Under the pieces are notes generated by a model. That model made no database searches. It saw only the letters and a program-made list of their open reading frames with translations, and had not been told where the DNA came from. A DNA stretch of 24,000 nt from contig MSHB01000021.1 in NCBI GenBank assembly GCA_001940985.1, forward strand, positions 3,644-27,643. Reading direction: 5' to 3'. The DNA comes from Mollicutes bacterium Phil14. Its GTDB lineage: Bacteria > Bacillota_I > Bacilli_A > ML615J-28 > CAG-698. The position numbers and the translations under genes were made by a program. Positions 16,164 to 24,000 of this stretch are shown one piece after another. Within the stretch, counting starts at the first letter, position 1, and each line of letters starts with the position of its first letter.

Positions 16164-18467
16164 ATGTTTGCAAAAGTTGTTGTTGATGTAAAATCATCAA
16201 ATGTTGATATAATGTATACTTACAAAATACCTCATGAATTTGAAGAATTTATTGGAATAGGTAGTAGGGTATTAGTTAGTTTTGGCATTAGAAAAATATT
16301 AGGGTATGTTATAGAGATAACTGATACTTGTGATTTTAATGGTAATGTGAAAGAAATTTTGGAAGTCTTAGATTATTCTCAAGAATTGACTATAGAACAA
16401 GTAGAACTTGCAAAATACATTAGAAAAGAAACAAAATGCTTACTAGTTTATGCTCTTGAAGCTATGTATCCATCATTTTTAAAAACAAAATACAAAAAAT
16501 ATGTATATGCAGCTAAACCTGATTCGTTAGATGCAGAAATTGCACTTTTGTTTAATGGTAAAAATAAAATTGCTTTACAGAACGAAGCATTAAAAAAATA
16601 CCCTAAAATTTTAAAAGAAATAAAAAATGGTAACTTACAATTAGAATATGACATTTTCCATTATGGAAAACGTAAAAAAGAAAAGTTATATAGAATAAAT
16701 AATGCTTATAGTTATTTATTCAATACTCTTTCAACAAAACGCTTAGAATGTATCCGATATGTTGAAAAAAATGAGGATTGTACAACAAATGATATTAGAG
16801 AAGCTGTTGGGTGTAGTGTCTTTTTAATTCAATCATTAGTAAAAGATGAATATCTAATAGTTCATGAAGATTTTGTAGATGTTGAAAAAGATGAACTTCC
16901 AAAAAAAGTTTTAAGAAACTTTACATTTTCTTTTGATCAAAGAGAGGTTAATGAAAAATTTGAATCTTTATCAGATAAGCCATTTTTATTATATAGTAAT
17001 GATGAAATATTTAAATTAGATTTCTATTTGAATCAAGCAATAAAAATGATTCAAAAAGGAAAAAAAGTTTTAATTGTTTCCCCAACATTATTTGAGAATT
17101 TTAAAATTGTTAAATATTTTAAAAGATATCTAGAAGGTTATAAGATTTTAACTTTTTCTAATGATTTATCAACGACTGATTATTATGACCAATATATTAA
17201 AGTGATTAAAGAAAATTTTGATATAATTATAACAACTAAAGTTGGTGCGTTTCTACCAATTAACAATCTTGGTATGATAGTTGTGGTTAATGAAGGAGAT
17301 TTCAACTATTTAAATGAATATACACCTAAATATAATTTAGTTAAAGTACTTAATCAAAGGGCATTATATCATCATGCAAAATTAGTCCTTTCAACTAGCA
17401 CTTTACAGGTTGAAAGCTATAGTCAATATGTTAATGCAAAATATATACTATTGAAATATTTAATTAATTATGAAAACAAGAAAATATTAGTTGATTTAAA
17501 TAAGGAATATGGTGCAATAAATTCTCTTATATCAGAAAGATTAAAAGTTGAAATAGATAAATGTTTAAGAAATAAGCAACAAGCAGTTTTAATGTTTAAC
17601 ATTAAAGGTTACAGTAATTATATGATTTGTAGAAATTGTGGTACGGTATTAAAATGTCCAAAATGTGATATTCCATTGACTTATTACAAAGAAAAAGATG
17701 AAACTAAATGTAAATATTGTGGTAGAAAAGCAGAAGAGATTTCTTGCAGTAAATGTGGTAATAAAACCTTTATGCAACTCGCTGATGGATTAGATAGTTT
17801 AAAAGAAAAATTAGAGATAATATATCCAAATGCTAAGATATTACAAATGGATAGTGATACTATTAAGACTACAGCAGATTATCACGATGCGTTACTAATG
17901 ATAGAAAATAATGATGTTGATATTATTATAGGAACAAGAAATGTTCTTTCAATATTTAGTAGTCAAATAAGATTATTAGCAATTATTAATCTTGATCAAT
18001 TTTTAAATTCAAATGATTATAGAAGTAGTGAAAATACATATAATTTAATTAATGAATGTTATAATCATCCTGAATGTACAACAGTAATACAAGGCTACCA
18101 CTTAAGCAATCAAGTAGTAATAGATGCTATAAATAATGATTTTGATTCATTCTATGAAAGAGAAATTATATATAGAAAGCAATTTTTATATCCGCCATAT
18201 TGTGAAATAAATCGTATAATTATAATTGGTCAATATAAAGATATGTATTATTGTGCAAATTACTTAAAAAAGGTATTTAATAGTATATTAAAAGATAATG
18301 CGGATGCTTTAGGACCATTGTATTTGGCAAAGTATAAAGGTGTACAAATTATTTTGAAGCATAATAAATTTGATAAAGTATCTTTGTTAATTGATGAAGT
18401 AGAAAAGAAATTTGCTGAAAGCAAAGTTACTATTCAGTTTGAAAGATATCCAAGAAATTTTTATTAG
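16164..18467 (+). CDS. priA: Primosomal protein N' (PriA) homologue with degenerate helicase motifs
   Basis: PriA-type N-terminus (MFAKVVVDV....YTY.IP). Four CxxC pairs of the Cys-rich region (CRNC, CPKC, CKYC, CSKC). Co-linear with canonical PriA throughout and located before fmt. AGGAGG RBS. Walker A/B and motif VI are not conserved (see finding). Confidence 0.8.
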   Translation: MFAKVVVDVKSSNVDIMYTYKIPHEFEEFIGIGSRVLVSFGIRKILGYVIEITDTCDFNGNVKEILEVLDYSQELTIEQVELAKYIRKETKCLLVYALEAMYPSFLKTKYKKYVYAAKPDSLDAEIALLFNGKNKIALQNEALKKYPKILKEIKNGNLQLEYDIFHYGKRKKEKLYRINNAYSYLFNTLSTKRLECIRYVEKNEDCTTNDIREAVGCSVFLIQSLVKDEYLIVHEDFVDVEKDELPKKVLRNFTFSFDQREVNEKFESLSDKPFLLYSNDEIFKLDFYLNQAIKMIQKGKKVLIVSPTLFENFKIVKYFKRYLEGYKILTFSNDLSTTDYYDQYIKVIKENFDIIITTKVGAFLPINNLGMIVVVNEGDFNYLNEYTPKYNLVKVLNQRALYHHAKLVLSTSTLQVESYSQYVNAKYILLKYLINYENKKILVDLNKEYGAINSLISERLKVEIDKCLRNKQQAVLMFNIKGYSNYMICRNCGTVLKCPKCDIPLTYYKEKDETKCKYCGRKAEEISCSKCGNKTFMQLADGLDSLKEKLEIIYPNAKILQMDSDTIKTTADYHDALLMIENNDVDIIIGTRNVLSIFSSQIRLLAIINLDQFLNSNDYRSSENTYNLINECYNHPECTTVIQGYHLSNQVVIDAINNDFDSFYEREIIYRKQFLYPPYCEINRIIIIGQYKDMYYCANYLKKVFNSILKDNADALGPLYLAKYKGVQIILKHNKFDKVSLLIDEVEKKFAESKVTIQFERYPRNFY

Positions 18468-18477
18468 GAGTAAAGAA

Positions 18478-19413
18478 ATGAAAATAATTTTTATGGGAAC
18501 TCCAAAGTTTGCAGTTCCAATATTAGAAAAAATTTTAGAAAAGCATCAAGTTGTCTTGGTAGTTACACAACCTGATCAATATAATTATAGAAAAAAGGTT
18601 TTAATGCCATCGCCAGTAAAAGAATGTGCCTTAAAACATAATTTAGAAGTGTTTCAACCAGAAAAAATTAGGAATGATAATAAAACTATTTTTGAAAAGG
18701 ATGTTGATTTAATTGTGACAGCTGCTTATGGTCAAATGGTTCCAGAAAAAATTTTGAATTTTCCTAAGTATCGTTCAATTAATGTTCATGGTTCATTACT
18801 TCCAAAGTATAGAGGTGGGGCTCCGATTCAAAGAGCAATTATTAATGGCGAAAAAGAAACAGGCGTTACAATAATGTATATGGAAAAAAAGATGGATTCT
18901 GGTGATATTATTGAAGCTAAAACTTTGCCAATACTTGATAGTGATAACCAAGAAACTTTATTTGATAAATTAAGTATTTTAGGAAGTGAAATGATTTTAC
19001 CAGTAATTGAAAAACTTGAAGATGGGTTAATAAGAGCTATCAAACAAAACGAAAATGAAGTTACATTTGCTCCTAATCTTACTAAAGAAGATGAAAAAAT
19101 TAATTTTGAAAATGATGCGAGAGCAGTGTTTAATCAAATAAGAGGATTAAATCCTAATCCTGGTGGATATTTTATTATTGAAAATTTAACTATAAAAGTG
19201 TATAATAGTATTGTAAGTACTGAAAAGCATAATCAAGAGATTGGTATCATAGTTGGAATTCATAAAGATAGGTTTGATATATCTTGTGGTAATGGCACAG
19301 TAATATCAATTTTAGAATTGCAATTACCGTCTAAAAACAAAATGCTAGCAAGGGATTTTATTAACGGACAAGGAAAGAAAATACTTGCTCTTGGAAAGAA
19401 AATAGGAGAATAG
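18478..19413 (+). CDS. fmt: Methionyl-tRNA formyltransferase
   Basis: MKIIFMGTP..A...L start and HGSLLPKYRGGAPIQ catalytic motif. AGGAG RBS lies before ATG 18478. The track start at 18412 lies inside priA. Confidence 0.95.
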   Translation: MKIIFMGTPKFAVPILEKILEKHQVVLVVTQPDQYNYRKKVLMPSPVKECALKHNLEVFQPEKIRNDNKTIFEKDVDLIVTAAYGQMVPEKILNFPKYRSINVHGSLLPKYRGGAPIQRAIINGEKETGVTIMYMEKKMDSGDIIEAKTLPILDSDNQETLFDKLSILGSEMILPVIEKLEDGLIRAIKQNENEVTFAPNLTKEDEKINFENDARAVFNQIRGLNPNPGGYFIIENLTIKVYNSIVSTEKHNQEIGIIVGIHKDRFDISCGNGTVISILELQLPSKNKMLARDFINGQGKKILALGKKIGE

Positions 19414-19417
19414 AATT

Positions 19418-19981
19418 ATGTCAGATAAGAAAAGAATTTATTTTTCACGTGAAGAAATGTTTGAGATGAATAGAGATCGTCTATTAGAACGTGGTGTTAC
19501 AATTGAAGATATTGCAATTATAGCTTTCCGTCAACAAGGAAAATATAATCCAGATATATCTTTAGCTACTTGTATAGAAAGTGTAGAAAAAATACTTTCA
19601 TACAGAGATATTTTTCACATTGTTCAATTAGGTATAGAAATTGATCGCTTAACAGAAGAAGGTGTATTCCGTTCACCTATTCAAGATATTATGAGAGCTG
19701 ATTTAGGTATGTTTGGAATTGATGAAATTTTAGGTTTAAATATTGCTTCTATGTATGGCGTAATTGGTCAAACAAATTTTGGTGATATTGATGTGAATAA
19801 ACCAGGAATCGTAAAAAAATTGAATGATGATGGAAAGGGAAAACAATGTCATACATTTTTAGATGATATAGTTGGCGCACTAGCTGCAGCAGCATCTACA
19901 CGTGTAGCTCAAATTATGAGTGAAGATGAAGCAAAACGTGATCCTCACTATACACCTATCAAACTAGATTTAAAAGATTAG
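19418..19981 (+). CDS. YutG / PgpA-family (phosphatidylglycerophosphatase A-like) protein
   Basis: ERGVTIEDIA, FGIDEILGL, GQTNFGDIDVNKPGI and TFLDDIVGALAAAA motifs resemble my recollection of B. subtilis YutG. It starts 4 nt after the fmt stop. Confidence 0.6.
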   Translation: MSDKKRIYFSREEMFEMNRDRLLERGVTIEDIAIIAFRQQGKYNPDISLATCIESVEKILSYRDIFHIVQLGIEIDRLTEEGVFRSPIQDIMRADLGMFGIDEILGLNIASMYGVIGQTNFGDIDVNKPGIVKKLNDDGKGKQCHTFLDDIVGALAAAASTRVAQIMSEDEAKRDPHYTPIKLDLKD

Positions 19982-19991
19982 AGGATTGTAT

Positions 19992-21020
19992 ATGGATCAA
20001 ATAAAATTAACACCTGGTAAATTGTTGAATGTTTATGGAAATCTAAATGAAGCAGGCTACGCTACAAGTTTAGTGAAAGAATATCATAGACATGATATAA
20101 AGGCAAAAAAACTTAGAATAAAAGAATGGGATTATTATTATATAGGTAATCAAGAATACGGAATTGCTCTTACTATAGCTGATAATTCTTATATGGGACT
20201 TGGTAGTGTTTCTGTATTAGATTTTAAAAATGATTTTTGGCACACTAATAGTGTTATGACTTTTATGCCAAAAGGAAAAACTAATCTTCCATCAACTTCT
20301 GAATTTGGAGATTGTCATTTTAAATCAAAAAACTTAGAGCTTTCATTTTTTAATGATGGTAAAAAAAGAAGATTACTTTGTAAAATGAAGAATTTTTATA
20401 AAAAATATGATTTTTCATGTGATGTTGAGTTATACGACGAACCTAAAGAATCAATGGTAATTGCTACTCCATTTAATAAAAAGAAACATTTTTATTATAA
20501 TCAAAAAATTAATTGTATTCGTGCTAGCGGTAATGCTACAGTTGGTGGAAAAAAATATTTCTTCAACGGTAATGATTCCTTTGCAGTTTTAGACTGGGGT
20601 AGAGGAGTATGGACATACAAAAATACTTGGTATTGGTCTAGTTTGAGTGGCACTTACAATGGTAAAAAAATTGGTTTTAATTTAGGATATGGTTTTGGTG
20701 ACACTAAAAATGCTACTGAAAATATGATTTTTTACGATGGTAAAGCTTATAAAGTTGAACAAGTGACTTTCCATATTCCAACAAATTCTGATGGCGTTGA
20801 AGAGTATTTAAACAACTGGAAATTCTCATCTAGTGATAATAAAGTTAATTTAACATTTGAACCAATCTTTGATAGATATGATAAAGCAGATGTTTTGTTA
20901 ATTAAATCTATTCAACATCAAGTATTTGGAAAGTTTTCTGGAACTTTAAAAATTGGTGAAGAAACAATAGAAATAAAAGATTTAGTAGGCTTTGCTGAAA
21001 AAGTTACTAATCATTGGTAA
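19992..21020 (+). CDS. Uncharacterised protein, probably DUF2804 family
   Basis: About 340 aa and Trp/Tyr-rich (KEWDYYYI, WGRGVWTYKNTWYWSS). Size and motifs resemble DUF2804 proteins as I recall them. ATG 19992 is preferred over TTG 19986 because of the AGAGGA RBS. Confidence 0.45.
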   Translation: MDQIKLTPGKLLNVYGNLNEAGYATSLVKEYHRHDIKAKKLRIKEWDYYYIGNQEYGIALTIADNSYMGLGSVSVLDFKNDFWHTNSVMTFMPKGKTNLPSTSEFGDCHFKSKNLELSFFNDGKKRRLLCKMKNFYKKYDFSCDVELYDEPKESMVIATPFNKKKHFYYNQKINCIRASGNATVGGKKYFFNGNDSFAVLDWGRGVWTYKNTWYWSSLSGTYNGKKIGFNLGYGFGDTKNATENMIFYDGKAYKVEQVTFHIPTNSDGVEEYLNNWKFSSSDNKVNLTFEPIFDRYDKADVLLIKSIQHQVFGKFSGTLKIGEETIEIKDLVGFAEKVTNHW

Positions 21021-21061
21021 AAAAAGGCTGTGAAAAACTTGGTTTCACAGCCCATTTTTTA
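21019..21061. terminator. Bidirectional intrinsic terminator at the convergent junction
   Basis: AAAAAA-GGCTGTGAAA (21026-21035), loop aacttgg, TTTCACAGCC (21043-21052), then CATTTTTT. The 10-bp GC-containing stem has an A-run and a T-run on either side. Confidence 0.75.
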
Positions 21062-22051
21062 TTTAACAAATCTAGTAGTTACGATTTTATCATATTCTAC
21101 CTTTTTATCTAATTCTTTAGCTTCAATCATAATATCCATTAACTTATCTAAACCTTCTTTTTTAAAGTAAGGTGTTTCACACCATGCATCAATGTCAATG
21201 TATCTTTGCATAACTATTGATAAATCATCAACTGATATATCAGTAAAATAAGGATGAATTACTTCAGCAATTTCTTTAGCTGAATGTGTGTGCACCCATA
21301 CTAAACCTTTAGTTATAGCATTAGTAAATGATTGAATTTTATCTTCATTTTTATCAATATAATTTTTTAAGGCGCTATATGAAGTATAAGGTATTTCTCC
21401 ACTACTTTCTCCAATACTTGCAACGATATAACCTTTACCACCTTTTTCTAAAGCTGTAGCAGTAGGCTCAAATAATGTTACATAGTCTCCTTCACCAGAA
21501 GTAAATGCTCCTCCCATAGCAGCAAAAGCAATATCTGTTCTAACATTAACATCTTTAGTATTATCATCTTCGCCAACTATTAAACCATTTTTTCTTAGAG
21601 TATACTCTAAAACCATAACAGGCACTCCACCTTTTCTACCACCTAATATTTCTTTACCTTTTAGTTTATCATATGTGAAGTTCTCATCTTTTTTTCTACC
21701 TACTAAAAAACTACCATCACGTTTTGTTAATTGAGCAAAATTTATTGCATAATTTTCTTGCCCGCCTTTATAGACGTAAATAGATGCTTCAGGTCCCATT
21801 AATCCAATTTGAGCATCTTTACTAAGAAGAGCTGCCATAACTTTATCTGCTCCATTGGCATTTATTAGATTTACATCTAAACCTTCATCTTTGAAAAAGC
21901 CTTTCTCTATTGCTACGTATTGAGGTGCATAGAAGACTGAATGAGCAACCTCAGCAATAGTAATCTTTTTGCTTCCTTTTGAACAACCAAATAATAAAAC
22001 ACTGCAACAACCAAACATTAACAAAACTAATAGAAATTTAATTTTTCGCAT
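21059..22051 (-). CDS. ABC transporter substrate-binding lipoprotein (NMT1/THI5-like, NitT/TauT family)
   Basis: Signal peptide MRKIKFLLVLLMFGCCSVLLFGC with a lipobox (LFGC). SsuA/NMT1-like body. Start ATG 22051 overlaps the permease TAA (TAATG) and has GAGGGG upstream. The track start at 22123 lies inside the permease gene. Confidence 0.8.
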   Translation of the reverse strand: MRKIKFLLVLLMFGCCSVLLFGCSKGSKKITIAEVAHSVFYAPQYVAIEKGFFKDEGLDVNLINANGADKVMAALLSKDAQIGLMGPEASIYVYKGGQENYAINFAQLTKRDGSFLVGRKKDENFTYDKLKGKEILGGRKGGVPVMVLEYTLRKNGLIVGEDDNTKDVNVRTDIAFAAMGGAFTSGEGDYVTLFEPTATALEKGGKGYIVASIGESSGEIPYTSYSALKNYIDKNEDKIQSFTNAITKGLVWVHTHSAKEIAEVIHPYFTDISVDDLSIVMQRYIDIDAWCETPYFKKEGLDKLMDIMIEAKELDKKVEYDKIVTTRFVK

Positions 22052-22848
22052 TATTTCATTCCCCTCTTTTTTGAAAAATAATTTTCTAATATATCTATAC
22101 CTTTCCACATAATGTAGGCGCAAATGGCTAATACAATTACTCCCATCATAACAAGGTCAAGTTTAAATACTTGCCCACCATACATTATAAGATATCCTAT
22201 TCCAGCTCGCGATACTAAAAATTCACCAACAATTACTCCAACCCAACTCATACCAATATTAATTTTAATGATACTGATAATATTTATTAAATTACTTGGT
22301 AGAACAAGTTTAGTAAAAATTTGAAATTTATTAGCATTAAAGCTCTTCAGCATTTTTATTTTTTCTTTATCTACACTAATAAAATAATTATAAGCTGATA
22401 TTATTGTAATAACTATTAATATAGAAATTGATACTACAACAATTCCAGATGTTCCTGTGCCTGCCCATATAATCATAATTGGGGCTAATGCTGTTTTTGG
22501 CAAAGCGTTAAGAATAACTAAAAAAGGTTCAAACAGTTTCGATATTTTTTCGTTGCTCCATAAAATTATAGCAATCAAAATACCGAAAAACGATCCGATT
22601 ATTATACCTAGAACTGTTTCATATACTGAAATCCAAATATGTTTAAATATTTCGTTTGTTTTTATATATTCAAGTAATAAAGAAAATATTTTACTCGGAC
22701 TACTGAAAAGAAAATCATCAATAACGTTTAATCTAGCCAATAATTCCCAAATAAATAAAAATATTATTAATAACAAAATTTGTGATAGAAGAAGTTTAAC
22801 TTTTTGTTTTTTATAAACTTTTAATTGGATATTACAATTGTTCATCAT
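22051..22848 (-). CDS. ABC transporter permease (NitT/TauT family)
   Basis: About 6 hydrophobic segments. EAA-like loop region (MLKSFNANKFQIFTKLVLP). It sits between the ATPase and SBP genes with overlapping junctions. Confidence 0.85.
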   Translation of the reverse strand: MMNNCNIQLKVYKKQKVKLLLSQILLLIIFLFIWELLARLNVIDDFLFSSPSKIFSLLLEYIKTNEIFKHIWISVYETVLGIIIGSFFGILIAIILWSNEKISKLFEPFLVILNALPKTALAPIMIIWAGTGTSGIVVVSISILIVITIISAYNYFISVDKEKIKMLKSFNANKFQIFTKLVLPSNLINIISIIKINIGMSWVGVIVGEFLVSRAGIGYLIMYGGQVFKLDLVMMGVIVLAICAYIMWKGIDILENYFSKKRGMK

Positions 22849-23581
22849 TATTCAATTCCTTCCATATGGCATTAAAATATGATTTGAATTCTTTACTGTT
22901 ACGTGATTTGAAGGGTGTTCTTTCACCATCAATTGTTAAATTAATGTCATAGATTTTCTTTATTTTGGCTGGCCTAGGAGATAAAACAATAACTTTATCA
23001 GCTATTGATATTGCTTCTGTTATATCATGAGTTACTATAATTGTTGCTTTTTTTTCTTTTTTTATTATTTTATACATATCATCGCAAACCTTTAATTTAG
23101 TTTGATAATCTAGAGCAGCAAAAGGTTCATCTAAAAGTAAAATGCTTGGATTAACAGCAAGTGTTCTTATAAGAGCAACACGTTGACGCATACCTCCTGA
23201 TAATTCACTAGGATAACTATTCTTAAAATCTTTTAATCCATAGATATCTAGCATTCTATTAACTTTTTTAAGATTATCATCATTAAGCATTTTTTTAATC
23301 TCTAATCCAATGATAACATTATCAAAAACGTTTCGCCATTCAAAAAGATGATCACGTTGGAACATATAACCAATTTCTCCACTAGTTTCAATAGTTCCTT
23401 TACTAGGTTTTAGCAAACCAGAAATAAGGTTTAGAATTGTTGTTTTACCACTTCCTGAAGGGCCAGTAATAGCAATTATTTGTCCTTCAATTAAATTAAA
23501 TTCGATATTTTTTAATACTTCAAGTGATTCACCTTTATTACAATAATCTTTAGAAACATTATTAAATTTTAATACATCCAT
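22832..23581 (-). CDS. ABC transporter ATP-binding protein (NitT/TauT family)
   Basis: Walker A GPSGSGKTT, signature LSGGMRQRVAL, Walker B LLLDEPFAALD, and H-loop VTHD. GGAGGGG RBS. Confidence 0.9.
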   Translation of the reverse strand: MDVLKFNNVSKDYCNKGESLEVLKNIEFNLIEGQIIAITGPSGSGKTTILNLISGLLKPSKGTIETSGEIGYMFQRDHLFEWRNVFDNVIIGLEIKKMLNDDNLKKVNRMLDIYGLKDFKNSYPSELSGGMRQRVALIRTLAVNPSILLLDEPFAALDYQTKLKVCDDMYKIIKKEKKATIIVTHDITEAISIADKVIVLSPRPAKIKKIYDINLTIDGERTPFKSRNSKEFKSYFNAIWKELNNDEQL

Positions 23582-23607
23582 TTTTCCCCTCCATACAATA
23601 TTAATCT

Positions 23608-23636
23608 ATTACAAAAACAATAATTTGTATGGGCAA
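23608..23636 (-). promoter_or_regulatory. Possible sigma-A-type promoter for the ABC transporter operon
   Basis: Minus strand: TTGCCC (23636-23631), a 17-nt spacer, then TGTAAT (23613-23608). This would leave a 5'UTR of about 20 nt. The hexamers are imperfect. Confidence 0.3.
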
Positions 23637-23647
23637 AATAGAGTAAA

Positions 23648-23676
23648 ATAAAAAAACCAAATCATTAAGATTTGGT
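23648..23676 (-). terminator. Intrinsic terminator after the glutamine amidotransferase gene
   Basis: Minus-strand hairpin ACCAAATC-ttaat-GATTTGGT followed by T7 (complement of the A-run at 23649-23655). Confidence 0.6.
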
Positions 23677-23684
23677 AAATTTTA

Positions 23685-24000
23685 TTATTTGAAAAGTTCA
23701 ACAAATTTTTCAAATATAATATCACTAATTGGGTCACCATATATTTTTTCAGGATGCCATTGAACAGCAAAAATAGGTAGGCTATCATGAGCGATAGCTT
23801 CAATAGTTCCATCTTCATGTTTAGCAATAACTTTGAAACCAGGGGCTACATCTTTAATTGCTTGGTGATGGTAGCTATTCACAACTATTTTTTCTGGTAG
23901 ATCAATAAAATTATTTTTGTAAGTTATGACATTGTGATCATATTTAATAGATTCGTGACTCTTTCCAATATCTTGGAAAAGTGAACCACCCATGAAAACA
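23685..24000 (-). CDS. Class-I glutamine amidotransferase / peptidase C26 (gamma-glutamyl hydrolase, PuuD-like), 3' part only; the gene continues beyond the window
   Basis: GGSLFQDI, NSYHHQAI and VQWHPE motifs are typical of the C26 GATase family. The frame is open to base 24000, so the ATG at 23993 is internal. Confidence 0.75.
   Translation of the reverse strand, partial: VFMGGSLFQDIGKSHESIKYDHNVITYKNNFIDLPEKIVVNSYHHQAIKDVAPGFKVIAKHEDGTIEAIAHDSLPIFAVQWHPEKIYGDPISDIIFEKFVELFK

Noticed and set aside
22052-22123. N-terminal extensions implied by track starts: SBP at 22123, nth at 12552, fmt at 18412, fakA at 6483, rpe at 4569, DUF2804-like at 19986
   Set aside because: The extended starts lie inside the preceding gene or inside the RBS and use TTG or GTG. 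Internal ATG codons have proper Shine-Dalgarno spacing and give the canonical family N-termini (signal peptide MRKIKF..., MKIIFMGTP, MIVSPSIL).
23582-23684. Possible TPP or other riboswitch upstream of the NMT1-type ABC operon
   Set aside because: The spacer is about 100 nt and is accounted for by the amidotransferase terminator hairpin, a short promoter-like region and the RBS. I saw no TPP-like conserved core (no CUGAGA / ACCUGA-type elements).
2415-23827. All other 62-119-aa track ORFs lying antisense or out of frame within larger genes: 2415-2618, 2686-2874, 3828-4064, 4080-4280, 4844-5068, 9938-10207, 10758-11072, 11128-11340, 12662-12853, 14824-15054, 15680-15886, 15783-16013, 16448-16654, 18828-19043, 22124-22324, 22457-22816, 23609-23827
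   Set aside because: Each overlaps a gene with clear family motifs on the other strand or frame. Their translations are Phe/Ile/Ser/Lys-rich low-complexity strings with no RBS or recognisable domain. Such shadow ORFs are expected by chance in AT-rich DNA with few stop codons in those frames.
1-24000. Whole-window scan for CRISPR repeats, IS or transposase ends, integrases, phage genes, toxin-antitoxin pairs, restriction-modification or other defence modules, rRNA and tRNA
   Set aside because: None was seen. Every substantial ORF is assignable to a housekeeping family or the ABC transporter. Intergenic spacers are short and explained by promoters, terminators and two small sporulation ORFs. 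I found no long direct or inverted repeats.

Overview
This is a very AT-rich (roughly 30% GC by eye) Bacillota-type chromosomal segment. It uses the standard genetic code: TGA acts as a stop and Trp is TGG. The window is a compacted, partly rearranged version of the conserved housekeeping neighbourhood known from Bacillus subtilis (the ylo / rpmB / recG / plsX / rnc region). Gene order is: hypothetical, PHP phosphoesterase, rsmB, rlmN, rsgA, rpe, thiamine pyrophosphokinase, spoVM-like micro-ORF, rpmB(-), fakA (yloV), recG, plsX, rnc, dnaD, nth, cse60-like small ORF, rqcH(-), gmk, rpoZ, priA, fmt, YutG/PgpA-like, DUF2804-like. A minus-strand NitT/TauT-type ABC transporter (ATPase, permease, lipoprotein SBP) follows, then the 3' end of a class-I glutamine amidotransferase (peptidase C26). 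Genes are tightly packed with many overlapping stop/start junctions, and hairpin plus T-run terminators sit at convergent junctions. I saw no rRNA, tRNA, CRISPR array, IS element, integrase, toxin-antitoxin pair or recognisable defence island. I do not find a convincing new multi-gene system, and this looks like ordinary core genome. Four things merit a second look. (1) PriA keeps its overall architecture and Cys-rich zinc region, but every helicase/ATPase motif is substituted. (2) Two sporulation-type small ORFs fall below the ORF-track threshold: a 27-aa SpoVM homologue in the syntenic position and a 55-aa Cse60-like protein. (3) An orphan terminator-like hairpin lies between the divergent rpmB and fakA promoters. 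(4) Several genes normally present in this neighbourhood are missing (prpC/prkC, fapR-fabD-fabG-acpP, def, coaBC, asp23-like yloU). All homology calls come from reading motifs and recalling family sequences; nothing was searched.
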